Positions 1 to 8,531 of a stretch of 20,000 nucleotides of DNA are shown here, in pieces. Made by a program: the position numbers and the translations under genes. Source of the stretch: an uncultured virus (IMG/VR IMGVR_UViG_3300031722_000022) (lineage: Duplodnaviria; Heunggongvirae; Uroviricota; Caudoviricetes); the IMG/VR virus record IMGVR_UViG_3300031722_000022. One strand, 5' to 3'. Position 1 is the first letter of the stretch; every line of letters begins with the position of its first letter. The notes beneath the pieces are model-generated. The model had not been told where the DNA came from and did no database searches. It saw only the letters and a program-made list of their open reading frames with translations.

Positions 1-15
1 TATTTATTCTCCCTG

Positions 16-279
16 TTAATTCAACTTACCAGACATAGCCACAACACTAGGCGTAGCCGACATAATCATTTGCTTCAGTACATGCTCCACTTTCTCATTT
101 GTAATATCAACAGATGCTTTATCAAGCATATCTCCATACTCATCAAAATGATAGCCTGTTGCATTAATAGCAAACGTTAATGCTTGAATGTCTTCAAGAA
201 TATACATGTAGCCTGCTGTAGCAATTCCGATAAGAATGATATTACGCTCTTGTTCTGTTACGATGATGTTGTTAGTCAT
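16..279 (-). CDS. hypothetical protein (87 aa)
   Basis: ORF with AAGGAG RBS upstream, co-oriented and tightly packed with neighbours; another RBS (GGGAG) follows at the window edge. Confidence 0.75.
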   Translation of the reverse strand: MTNNIIVTEQERNIILIGIATAGYMYILEDIQALTFAINATGYHFDEYGDMLDKASVDITNEKVEHVLKQMIMSATPSVVAMSGKLN

Positions 280-288
280 TTGTTCTCC

Positions 289-612
289 TTAATCTGGTTT
301 CTTTGCAAGATAAATAGTCTTAGTGACTTCTTGTGGAAACACTTCACAGATAGTTGGCTCATCTCGTTCACTATCTGACCAATAACCACTATTGCTACGC
401 GAACAAGTTACCTCGAAATAAACGCCGCCAATAAGATATACATTTGAATTATAAACTGTCTTATACTCTACAATATCGACTCCTGCATCTACACAAGTTA
501 TGTTATCTTTAACATAGTCTTGAGCATTATATGGGCATTCCTCTTCTGCGTAATCATCAGCATACCACAAAACAATCTCAGCAATTTGCTTCTTAGTAAA
601 TTGTTCATTCAT
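289..612 (-). CDS. hypothetical protein (107 aa, acidic)
   Basis: AAGGAG RBS upstream, phage-like acidic composition, operon packing. Confidence 0.8.
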   Translation of the reverse strand: MNEQFTKKQIAEIVLWYADDYAEEECPYNAQDYVKDNITCVDAGVDIVEYKTVYNSNVYLIGGVYFEVTCSRSNSGYWSDSERDEPTICEVFPQEVTKTIYLAKKPD

Positions 613-637
613 GAGTTTTCTCCTTTATTTAAAGACG

Positions 638-739
638 CTACTTAGCCAGATAGTATACACCAATACACATTGAAAGTATTAAACAAGAAATTCCGCACAC
701 TCCCATGGCTATAAAAACGTAGTGAAAGAATTCTCCCAT
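638..739 (-). CDS. small membrane peptide (33 aa, MGEFFHYVFIAMGVCGISCLILSMCIGVYYLAK)
   Basis: Read manually (below ORF-track cutoff); GAGGGG RBS upstream; single hydrophobic stretch; fills the gap between 612 and 745. Confidence 0.55.
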   Translation of the reverse strand: MGEFFHYVFIAMGVCGISCLILSMCIGVYYLAK

Positions 740-744
740 GTTGA

Positions 745-945
745 TCACCCCTCTGCCAGCAGGTTAATGCTGCTACACATTTTCTCGTATGCTGAACCAC
801 ATTCCGTGCAGCGTAACTCTTTGCTGACACTAGCAAAGTCCTGCAAAGACAGAAGTACGACTCCCCTACTTGGGCGAGAAGTAAATCTACAGTATGATCT
901 AGTTCCAGATTTTTGTAAGTGAATCTTTTTAATCTTCGTTGCCAC
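745..945 (-). CDS. hypothetical protein (66 aa, possible Zn ligands H..C..CxxC)
   Basis: GTG start with AAGGAG upstream, overlapping the 3' end of the HNH gene; CTEC motif. Confidence 0.6.
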   Translation of the reverse strand: MATKIKKIHLQKSGTRSYCRFTSRPSRGVVLLSLQDFASVSKELRCTECGSAYEKMCSSINLLAEG

Positions 946-1513
946 TGTTTCTCTCCTTCAAGTAGTTGCGGTACGCTGCCACCCTCTTTGCTGCTGTGGA
1001 AAGCATTATACTATCAACTCCAAGTGAAGTCAATGTTTCTTTCTGTTTCTCTGAATTAAGTTTTTTGAATGGCAGAATGTATTTCTTCTCGAACATTGCG
1101 TCTTCAAACGACATTCCCTGCCTCTCAGAATAACTCTTAATTTTATGAGCCTCAACTTCTACGAGTTGCATATTATCATCATTTGTACATAAGTGTCTAG
1201 CAAATGATTCAATGTCACACCAATCTCGCAATGATGCTTCTCCAACAATGTGATCCACTTGCAACTTGCTATTACCAGTCCAAACACCTGTTAAAGCACA
1301 CACAGCACCAGACTTAGCCTTTCCTGTGTAGCCCTCTGGTGGTTTAGTTAAGTGTGACTTCTTGTAGATAATTTTTCCTGGGTATTTTTCCCATATTGCT
1401 CTACGAAGACCTCCACGTAGCCAACTAAAAAAGGATGCCCTAGTGGGCCATACTTCGGGGTAATATTCCCAAGGCTCTATGCTGTTTTTATTCATGTCAA
1501 GTTCCGTGCCCAT
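929..1513 (-). CDS. phage HNH endonuclease (non-AP2 type)
   Basis: WLRGGLRRAIW motif, CALTG, QVDHI, DDNMQLV...HKIKS HNH-like motif; typical of nucleases next to phage exonuclease genes; true start may be the internal Met (MNKNS). Confidence 0.75.
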   Translation of the reverse strand: MGTELDMNKNSIEPWEYYPEVWPTRASFFSWLRGGLRRAIWEKYPGKIIYKKSHLTKPPEGYTGKAKSGAVCALTGVWTGNSKLQVDHIVGEASLRDWCDIESFARHLCTNDDNMQLVEVEAHKIKSYSERQGMSFEDAMFEKKYILPFKKLNSEKQKETLTSLGVDSIMLSTAAKRVAAYRNYLKERNSGNED

Positions 1514-2060
1514 TTATATAACCTGCACCCTGTGCATTCAGTTCCTTAATCATTTCCTCGCGGTACTCACCCGCCAAACGAAAGGATACATCATAACCGA
1601 GTTTGTTAATTGAAAACCTTTTTCTATGTTTGTTACCCATCAAGTCTTGCCATTGAGATACAAAATACTCATAAATTTTTCCATCCCTATTAGTAACTAC
1701 GTCCTTAGAGACTCCAGTAACACCTGTTGAATTTCTTTTATGTTTTGATTTGTTTCTGCCACTAAGATTATTATCGACAAGTCTCAAATTCTCTACTCTA
1801 TTATTTGATTTGTTTCTATCTATGTGGTCAACCAATAAATCATAACATTTTGTTCCGTTTAATACCATTACAACCCTATGAGAACGATATAATTTACCTT
1901 TGAGTGCTACACACCAGTAACCACTCCTTGTCGAACAATAGCCTGCAACCGCTCCGGCCCTCATCCTTTTACTGATATTTACTTTCCATCTCAACCCTCC
2001 CGGAGAATTTTCATCATAGTAAAGGAATTCACCAAAATCAACGTTATATTTTTCTTCCAT
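1497..2060 (-). CDS. HNH homing endonuclease with C-terminal AP2-like DNA-binding domain
   Basis: YRSHRVV, VDHIDRNKSNNRVENLR HNH motif; NSTGVTGV...RKRFSINKLG AP2-like tail; GGGAG RBS. Confidence 0.9.
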   Translation of the reverse strand: MEEKYNVDFGEFLYYDENSPGGLRWKVNISKRMRAGAVAGYCSTRSGYWCVALKGKLYRSHRVVMVLNGTKCYDLLVDHIDRNKSNNRVENLRLVDNNLSGRNKSKHKRNSTGVTGVSKDVVTNRDGKIYEYFVSQWQDLMGNKHRKRFSINKLGYDVSFRLAGEYREEMIKELNAQGAGYINGHGT

Positions 2061-2077
2061 GTATCACTCCCAAAAGA

Positions 2078-2407
2078 TCATTTGATTTTTATCAAGATAG
2101 CACTACAAAACAACAGTGCAACCCCAACCCAGTTGACAATGCTCAATGTCTCTCCAATGAAGTGGCAAACAACCACTCGCATTGAGACATTAATACACGA
2201 GAAGATTGCCGCTGCAAGGAAAAGAGAATCAGCCCTCCTAAACCCCTCGAACAGACCAAGTTGTCCAATTAATATAGGCACAATAATATATGGCAAGGCT
2301 TGTAGGAATGTATCATAGTTTCCTGAGCGATAGGTATATTCAATGAAGGCTATTGCTATGTTGGATAATAGGAGCCATAGGCTCCATGTTGGAATGGCGA
2401 AAGCCAT
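2078..2407 (-). CDS. SMR/DMT-like 4-TM membrane protein (109 aa)
   Basis: Four hydrophobic segments, Glu in TM1 (IAFIEY), C-terminal GETLSIVNWVGVALLFCSAILI resembles the DMT/SMR last helix; start placed at the TGATG overlap with the upstream stop. Confidence 0.6.
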   Translation of the reverse strand: MAFAIPTWSLWLLLSNIAIAFIEYTYRSGNYDTFLQALPYIIVPILIGQLGLFEGFRRADSLFLAAAIFSCINVSMRVVVCHFIGETLSIVNWVGVALLFCSAILIKIK

Positions 2408-2739
2408 CAACTCACACAAACTTCATGAATCAAATCATATGTCTCGTCTTTGAAATACTTCTGCCAAGTGGTAATAGCCTTGGCGTAGTCATTATGAAAT
2501 GTAGATGGCTTAGGATAACTAAGATCAATACCAAGAATATAACCATATCCAGAGTAATGATTTAGAATGCTTCCAGAAATTTCCTTTTGACCATACATAA
2601 ACTCATTAAACCCGTCTTCTTCAATCAATTCAAGATCGTCTTCAGACAACACAATATATTGCTTATAAAATTCTTCAGCTTCACTTTGGTCATCAAATGA
2701 TTTGCCAAGGTAAAGTAGTGGACTATAACTTGTACTCAT
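2407..2739 (-). CDS. hypothetical protein (110 aa)
   Basis: AAGGAG RBS, operon packing. Confidence 0.8.
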   Translation of the reverse strand: MSTSYSPLLYLGKSFDDQSEAEEFYKQYIVLSEDDLELIEEDGFNEFMYGQKEISGSILNHYSGYGYILGIDLSYPKPSTFHNDYAKAITTWQKYFKDETYDLIHEVCVS

Positions 2740-2750
2740 GTTGTTCTCCT

Positions 2751-3692
2751 TTAATATGTTACACCAAGATGTTCAAGATGCTCTCTTAGCACATACATTT
2801 GTCCTTCACGCTTACGCAGCCACAGGAAGAAAGCCATGTCGCTAAGACGATCAACTCCATCTTCAGGCCATGCCAATTTGTAGGCATCAACAACTCTTTG
2901 TGCTGCTTCTTTCTCTGTCTTTACATCACAGAGAATCTTTGCCCCTGCAACCTTACCACAAGTGTTTGTCTTAATACCGTACTTCTTTTTTGTTTCATCA
3001 GACAGCTTAAGAATACCGTCGATGTTATCTGCTGTGTCTCCCACAAGACAACTTCCCCAAAAGCCTTTATACTGCATCTTCCGTGTGTTCCAGAATACTC
3101 CTCCATCTGGTTGCTTATAGTTATACAAAGCCCCAACAGAATTTTGGTGAATATCCTTGTCGCAGAAAGCTACAACAATGTTGCTGTCTTCTACATTACC
3201 TTTTGGATTAAAATTATTCCAGCTACTGTAGCAGACGAAGTCATCAACTTCTTCTGAATCAACAACAATAACATTCTTGTTCCACTTGCTCAAAACATAT
3301 TGGTATGTATCCTTGAACAGCAATGGTTTGTCACCTCGTTGACCTTTATAGGCAACGTACTTTGCTGGATAGTCCATCCTATAATTACCAGTTCCTTGAA
3401 TACAAATTTTGTAATCAGTGTGTGGAACTGCTTCAAGGATAGCAGAAATCTTTCGCTTTACAGATGAACAAGCATATGAAGTTTCTCCGACTAACTCTTT
3501 GACAACAGTAAATGAATAGTCCTCTTTAGGGTACTTTGAGTATTCCTTGTGCCACTCATTAAATGCGCTCTTGGAGGGAAACATTTGTGATTTCCCATTA
3601 TTATTATTTGTTGCTAGACACTTGTTAATCTCTTCTGTTGCAGCACTTGCATAAACAATTGTATCTGCATCAATTAGAAGTAGTTTACTCAT
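2751..3692 (-). CDS. 5'-3' exonuclease (T7 gp6 / FEN-like family)
   Basis: LLLIDAD, YKGQR, EEVDD, DKD, GDTADNIDGI motifs; AAGGAG RBS. Confidence 0.9.
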   Translation of the reverse strand: MSKLLLIDADTIVYASAATEEINKCLATNNNNGKSQMFPSKSAFNEWHKEYSKYPKEDYSFTVVKELVGETSYACSSVKRKISAILEAVPHTDYKICIQGTGNYRMDYPAKYVAYKGQRGDKPLLFKDTYQYVLSKWNKNVIVVDSEEVDDFVCYSSWNNFNPKGNVEDSNIVVAFCDKDIHQNSVGALYNYKQPDGGVFWNTRKMQYKGFWGSCLVGDTADNIDGILKLSDETKKKYGIKTNTCGKVAGAKILCDVKTEKEAAQRVVDAYKLAWPEDGVDRLSDMAFFLWLRKREGQMYVLREHLEHLGVTY

Positions 3693-3705
3693 GCAATCTC
3701 CTTAT

Positions 3706-3727
3706 GCCCACTCCGTTTGGAGTGGGC
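3706..3727 (-). terminator. perfect 9-bp GC-rich hairpin between SSB-like and exonuclease genes (weak terminator or mRNA stabiliser)
   Basis: GCCCACTCC-N4-GGAGTGGGC; on the minus strand it is followed by ATAAGGAG (RBS) rather than a U-tract. Confidence 0.55.
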
Positions 3728-3742
3728 TATGTTTAGTCTACA

Positions 3743-4675
3743 TCAAAATGGAATATCATCAAAGTCATCATCGTCTACAGGCGGCTCAGGAACCTTCTTG
3801 GTAGTCTTTTTCGCTGCTTCCTTAGCTGCTTGCTTAGGGGGAACCTGCGGTTCTCCCTTCTTAGCCTCACCTTGCCCCTCAGAAGCCCCTTGCTGACCAT
3901 TCTGTTGCTTCTCAAACTCCTTGATTGCTGCTTCCATAGAACTGCCAGCATAATTCTTAGCCAACTTAATCTTAGCAATAAGATTCTTACGCAAGAATTT
4001 AATCTGACTTGCTTCAGCATCATCAAAGCTAATAATCATTGCAGGAGTAGCCAGTGGCTTAATCTTCATTGGAGCCTCATTGCCATCGTCGTCCTCTACC
4101 ATAGGAACCTCCGAGGCTCCACGATAATTTACATTGGTGTAGACAACAGGATTACCGTCGTCATCCTTCTTGTCTTTGCTTTCAGTCTTCTTAACTTCAA
4201 CTTGCGCCATCAGAGCCTCGTTCAAGAATTCCTCAATGTCCATACTCTCAATTACTTCCGGCTTCTGAATAGCCTTAGCAATCTTTGTGAGAAGATTCTG
4301 TGGATGAAAGCCCCAAGCCTTGCCTTGAATCTGATTACCATCAGCATCACGAGGGGGAACAGCCGTAAAGTTCACACCTTGAGTCTCCCCTTGGAAAGTC
4401 TTGTTAAGGCAAAGACGATAGGGCATCTTGCCAATTGCATCACCATAATCAACTACGTCGTTAACAAGATCAGCAAAGACAACAACTTGTTGAACAGGCT
4501 TTTGTGGTTTTACCTCACCAGTTTTTTGATCCTCAAAGTCTTCACGCTCTTGGATACCCAAGTCTACTATGAGCGAAATTCTCGCAGGACGACTACCAGC
4601 CTTCGGTGTAGGATAATTATGCTTCTCAAATGTAGTAGTGATGCTGTGATTTTGTTGCTTAGGAACAAATGCCAT
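3743..4675 (-). CDS. putative single-stranded DNA-binding protein with acidic DDIPF tail
   Basis: C-terminus DDDDFDDIPF after a Lys/Ala/Gln-rich linker; lies between polymerase and exonuclease; strong AAGGAG RBS. Confidence 0.7.
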   Translation of the reverse strand: MAFVPKQQNHSITTTFEKHNYPTPKAGSRPARISLIVDLGIQEREDFEDQKTGEVKPQKPVQQVVVFADLVNDVVDYGDAIGKMPYRLCLNKTFQGETQGVNFTAVPPRDADGNQIQGKAWGFHPQNLLTKIAKAIQKPEVIESMDIEEFLNEALMAQVEVKKTESKDKKDDDGNPVVYTNVNYRGASEVPMVEDDDGNEAPMKIKPLATPAMIISFDDAEASQIKFLRKNLIAKIKLAKNYAGSSMEAAIKEFEKQQNGQQGASEGQGEAKKGEPQVPPKQAAKEAAKKTTKKVPEPPVDDDDFDDIPF

Positions 4676-4702
4676 AGTTAGTTCTCCTTTGTTGTTAATA
4701 AA

Positions 4703-4969
4703 TTATTTATTGCAAAATGTTACAGCCTTGTTGTAAGGCTTCCAATATTCTTCGTCCTCAAATGAAATCCAATCGTCGTCAATTCTACCAACCAATGATT
4801 CATCAAATGTGTTAACCAACGGGATGCCAGAATATTCACTCAATGCCAAAATAATACAAATGTGCTCATTGTAGCGAGGATCAGGATCAATACTTTTCAT
4901 CAAACAAGGATAGTCAATGATATATTCCTCTTGTTTATCTTCGTCTTCACTAATAATCTTCAGTGCCAT
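4703..4969 (-). CDS. hypothetical protein (88 aa, MALKIISE...)
   Basis: GAGGAG RBS before ATG at 4969; first gene after the promoter at 5038-5066. Confidence 0.75.
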   Translation of the reverse strand: MALKIISEDEDKQEEYIIDYPCLMKSIDPDPRYNEHICIILALSEYSGIPLVNTFDESLVGRIDDDWISFEDEEYWKPYNKAVTFCNK

Positions 4970-4998
4970 AGTTATCTCCTCTAGTAATGAACATAACA

Positions 4999-5037
4999 CC
5001 TTGTTCGTAGAACAAGGGCTTCTTCACTTGAAGAAGC
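4999..5037. repeat. two abutting 8-bp inverted repeats
   Basis: CCTTGTTC-GTA-GAACAAGG (4999-5017) and GCTTCTTC-ACTT-GAAGAAGC (5018-5037). Confidence 0.8.
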
Positions 5038-5066
5038 ATTATCTCATACTTCAACACTCTTGTCAA
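5038..5066 (-). promoter_or_regulatory. sigma70-type promoter
   Basis: TTGACA-17-GATAAT with extended TG; AGAAATGC immediately upstream of -35. Confidence 0.75.
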
Positions 5067-5745
5067 GCATTTCTTTAGCAATCTTTGTTGTACCGTTGGG
5101 TCTGTCGCCGTATAACTGCTCCGAGCGATTGTCGTAGGCTGTGGCTGCATCAAGCTCATTCAGAAAATAGCCAAGATTTTCCCTTGTCTTATTGTAAGTG
5201 ATTTGTGCACCATACTTACCAAAATCTTTATAATAATAAAATACCATGTGCTTTGAAGAGCAGCCACCACGCTTTCTCTTATTATGCATCTGTATATCCC
5301 ACTCTACCCAACGACAATTTTCTTTGCAATAATTTCCGTTAGTGTCGATACGATCTAGCGAAAGCCCTTCACGATATGTATCTCCCATGTCTGTCCAAAA
5401 GTTTTTAAAAGAATCTTCCCACTCCCGACACATAGTAATGCCTCTTCCACCATAGTCTTTCCATGCAGGATTATCTTTGTTATACACTCGACCTCTAATA
5501 TTTGCCCACGCATTATAAGCACTGTGCTTGTACATTCCATGCTTTGTCCTACTCGGCATGCCTCTATTTAAACACCCACAGGACTTACAACTTCCTGCTA
5601 ATAGACAGTACATGTCGACAATGTGTATATTACCACATTCACACTTGCATATCCACAAAGGTTTATTGCGCCTATTTCTTCCCACATATTCTAAAGCAAC
5701 CAACCTACCAAACACATCTCCGGTAATGTCCTTTATTTCTCGCAT
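5044..5745 (-). CDS. HNH-AP2 homing endonuclease
   Basis: FGRL...CKCECG...SCGC N-terminus, YGGRGITMC, LDRIDTNGNYCKENCRW, LGYF..ELDAATAYD AP2 tail. Confidence 0.9.
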   Translation of the reverse strand: MREIKDITGDVFGRLVALEYVGRNRRNKPLWICKCECGNIHIVDMYCLLAGSCKSCGCLNRGMPSRTKHGMYKHSAYNAWANIRGRVYNKDNPAWKDYGGRGITMCREWEDSFKNFWTDMGDTYREGLSLDRIDTNGNYCKENCRWVEWDIQMHNKRKRGGCSSKHMVFYYYKDFGKYGAQITYNKTRENLGYFLNELDAATAYDNRSEQLYGDRPNGTTKIAKEMLDKSVEV

Positions 5746-6425
5746 AACTCAACAGTCTCCTTTTTATTTTCATTAATGGTGCTTTTACTGTATCTTCTCT
5801 TCCCTTGTTTACCAATAGAAGAATTTATAATATCGGAATATAATTCAAGTATGCTCTGATCTACCGCTACATCATTATATAATTGGATTTTTTCTTGTTC
5901 TTGCAAAATACCCCACATACTCTTCCGCAAAGATTGTGAATCATAATGTGAATATCCTTTTGCGTATAACCAATCTATGATTCTGTTTACCCTCCATGAG
6001 ACAAAGATATTAAAATCCTCATATCCTAATATGAAACATCTTGGTAAAGTTTTATCATAAAAAGATTTGAAATTAAACGGCAGTTTAACATAAACATTAA
6101 CATAATCAAGTCTCTGAGATGTATCATACCAAGCATGAACTAATGCTTCTGTACATGCTAATACAAGTTTCTCATAGTCATTCTTAGTTGCTACTCTCAT
6201 TTGGCTAGTTTTCCATTTAGGCATCTTCCCCACAGGACGCCTCATTTTGGCTAGTTCACATTGTTCTGTTACGGATAGGCCCAAGTATACGCTCCCTTCG
6301 GGATGGAGAAAATATGGGCCTTTGTCAACGAGAGTAGCATTAACAATTTGTTGTGTCCAATTTCCATCTGGTAACTTGTAAGGGAAGCCCTCTGGCGTAG
6401 GAATTTTAATTTCGGAGTGTTTCAT
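5733..6425 (-). CDS. hypothetical protein (230 aa), translationally coupled to DNA polymerase
   Basis: TAATG overlap with the polymerase stop; long ORF with no recognised motif. Confidence 0.8.
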   Translation of the reverse strand: MKHSEIKIPTPEGFPYKLPDGNWTQQIVNATLVDKGPYFLHPEGSVYLGLSVTEQCELAKMRRPVGKMPKWKTSQMRVATKNDYEKLVLACTEALVHAWYDTSQRLDYVNVYVKLPFNFKSFYDKTLPRCFILGYEDFNIFVSWRVNRIIDWLYAKGYSHYDSQSLRKSMWGILQEQEKIQLYNDVAVDQSILELYSDIINSSIGKQGKRRYSKSTINENKKETVELCEK

Positions 6426-8530
6426 TAGTGCACAGCCTTCCAAGAATTTCCTACTTTTCCTTCTCCTGCCAGAGCAACCTTCATCTTAAAATACTCCCCT
6501 GCCTCCTTAATGCTTAGTTCTGCCATGACCTTAACCTCCTCTGCAATTTCTGCATCACATTCAAAGGAATATTCGTCGTGATAATAAATCACTCGCTTAA
6601 CTTCTTTTCCTTTATGCAGATAATATGGCCTTCCAAGATCGTCGATATACATTGTGCCCAACTTTGCATCCATGATACAACAAGCCAAGTCCATAACAAT
6701 TGCACCAAGACTCTGAAGGATATTATTCAGCAAAGAATGCTTAGAGCGTGTTCTAATAAGCCTGCCATCAACTGCTGGCACCCATGTTTTCTTTCCTGCT
6801 GTTTCCCAATACTTGCCAATGTTTTCTACAAGCTGCTTTAGCGCAGGGTTTGCATCCCAAAAAGCTTTGTGTAGGCGCTTCCCTTCCTTCTCTGGCTTTC
6901 CTAGGGTCTTAGCCAACTTAGACGGTGCGCAACCATAGATAACCGCATAGCCTCCAGTCTTTCCTTTCCCACGGAACGGCTTAAACTTCCTGTCTTCCTT
7001 ATCAAAATGTTCTGGTGTAAATCCGAGTCTCAACAATTCTGAAGGAAACCATGCAAAAGCTACCTTGGAGTGCACGTCACCATGCAGCAATTCTTCCGCA
7101 TACGCCCCATTGTCATACTTGAAAGTCATGTGTCCAGCGCAGCGTTGCTCCAGGCCAGATGCATCTGCTGCTGCAATCAACTTTCCTTCTTCAGAACAGA
7201 ACAAATCCCTGAACTCGTCTCCATAAATACTTTGTCCTCCGGCGCGTGGGACATTACACACAACTGCGTGGCATTGTCGATGAGAGTTTGCAATCTTAGA
7301 GGATGCTGTTGGAAGCCTTCCATCAAAAGCAAGTCTAGGGTTTGATAACCAGCCTTGCAGTACGCTCCGTCTATTCCTCAGCGAAAGAAACTTGACAACT
7401 TCCTTTACTGTATCTCCCTCAAGTTCAAGTAGGTTAGGACAAATTACACCTTGTTCTTGCAACTTAGGTGAAGTCTCAATGTAGTTTCCACGATCATCTC
7501 TAAGAGGCTTCCCATCTGGCCCTCGTTGGTAATTCCAAAATGTAGGAACCCACCCTTGTTCCATTAGCCATTCTTTGAACTGCTTCTGGTCGCCAATAAC
7601 CATTGGGAGCTTAATGTCCAAGATCGTCTTACTAACAACTGGATAGTCTTTCCCATAAAACTCAACGATGTTTCCTTCTTTAACTACTCCGCTGTGCTTT
7701 GTAATGAAGTTTTCCATGTGGCTACTAAAAGACCCGTCCAACTTATAAGGTTTCGCCGGCATTGTATAGTTTGCTTGCTCAGTCTTCTTTAATGAACGAG
7801 GAGGAAGTTTTGGAAGAACCTCTACTTCTAGTGCTGCCATATCAGTTTCAAGATTTTGCATCACTTCTTCAGCAAGCGGTCGATTAAAACCATGCCCTGT
7901 GTGTTCTTGGGCCTTCATAAGAAACTGTGACTTTGTTCCCATCTTCAAGCAAGGAGGTTTAACTTCCCCGTACAGTTCCTTCAACTCGCTCATTTGCTTT
8001 AGCATAAGGATACGAGTAGCTTCAACGTCAGCATCGCAATACTCGTCCATTAGTGGATTGTAGAATCCGAACTCGAAGCCCTTACACTCGTCCCCTGTCA
8101 TTACACCAGCATTAATCAAACTCTGTCGATAATCAATCTTCTCTGCGCTTGACCCTCGTGACAAGGCAGCAAGAGAGAACTCAGGGAGATTAGGATTAAG
8201 GAATTGTGCAACATAGAACGAGTCGAAGAAGGATACCAACTTGCTTCCAAAGTAGTCCTTCCCCTTCTTGCCAACAGTCGGCTTAATTCCAAGCAATTTC
8301 CACAGCACAAAGTGATCGTAGGAGAGGCCGTTAAAGGAGCCACACAAAGCCCCATCAGGGAAACTGTCAGCCCAGTCAATAATCTTCTGTTGTGAGGCGT
8401 CTACGCCCTCTCTGAAAGGGTATACGGACATAGCGCGTGTGCCATCAAGTGACTTGAAATTCCCGTACCAAATATCAGTGCAGCCTAGATAGAGGTCATT
8501 TCCCTCAAGGTCGAATACCCATCCTTCCAT
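6425..8530 (-). CDS. family A DNA polymerase (T7-like) with 3'-5' exonuclease domain
   Basis: ExoI FDLEG, ExoII FNGLSYD, ExoIII YCDADV; motif A DASGLEQR, motif B RGKGKTGGYAVIYG, motif C YYHDE; GGAGG RBS. Confidence 0.97.
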   Translation of the reverse strand: MEGWVFDLEGNDLYLGCTDIWYGNFKSLDGTRAMSVYPFREGVDASQQKIIDWADSFPDGALCGSFNGLSYDHFVLWKLLGIKPTVGKKGKDYFGSKLVSFFDSFYVAQFLNPNLPEFSLAALSRGSSAEKIDYRQSLINAGVMTGDECKGFEFGFYNPLMDEYCDADVEATRILMLKQMSELKELYGEVKPPCLKMGTKSQFLMKAQEHTGHGFNRPLAEEVMQNLETDMAALEVEVLPKLPPRSLKKTEQANYTMPAKPYKLDGSFSSHMENFITKHSGVVKEGNIVEFYGKDYPVVSKTILDIKLPMVIGDQKQFKEWLMEQGWVPTFWNYQRGPDGKPLRDDRGNYIETSPKLQEQGVICPNLLELEGDTVKEVVKFLSLRNRRSVLQGWLSNPRLAFDGRLPTASSKIANSHRQCHAVVCNVPRAGGQSIYGDEFRDLFCSEEGKLIAAADASGLEQRCAGHMTFKYDNGAYAEELLHGDVHSKVAFAWFPSELLRLGFTPEHFDKEDRKFKPFRGKGKTGGYAVIYGCAPSKLAKTLGKPEKEGKRLHKAFWDANPALKQLVENIGKYWETAGKKTWVPAVDGRLIRTRSKHSLLNNILQSLGAIVMDLACCIMDAKLGTMYIDDLGRPYYLHKGKEVKRVIYYHDEYSFECDAEIAEEVKVMAELSIKEAGEYFKMKVALAGEGKVGNSWKAVH

Positions 8531-8531
8531 T

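Noticed and set aside
2799..3257. 152 aa plus-strand ORF, and similar antisense ORFs at 10273, 11778, 13653 and 18879
   Set aside because: They overlap well-supported genes on the opposite strand and have no RBS or motifs
3830..4681. 283 aa plus-strand ORF
   Set aside because: Antisense shadow of the SSB-like gene; no RBS, Leu-rich non-globular composition
6425..8530. Intron or intein in DNA polymerase or primase-helicase
   Set aside because: Both ORFs are continuous and of normal length with all motifs in order; the HEGs lie outside them
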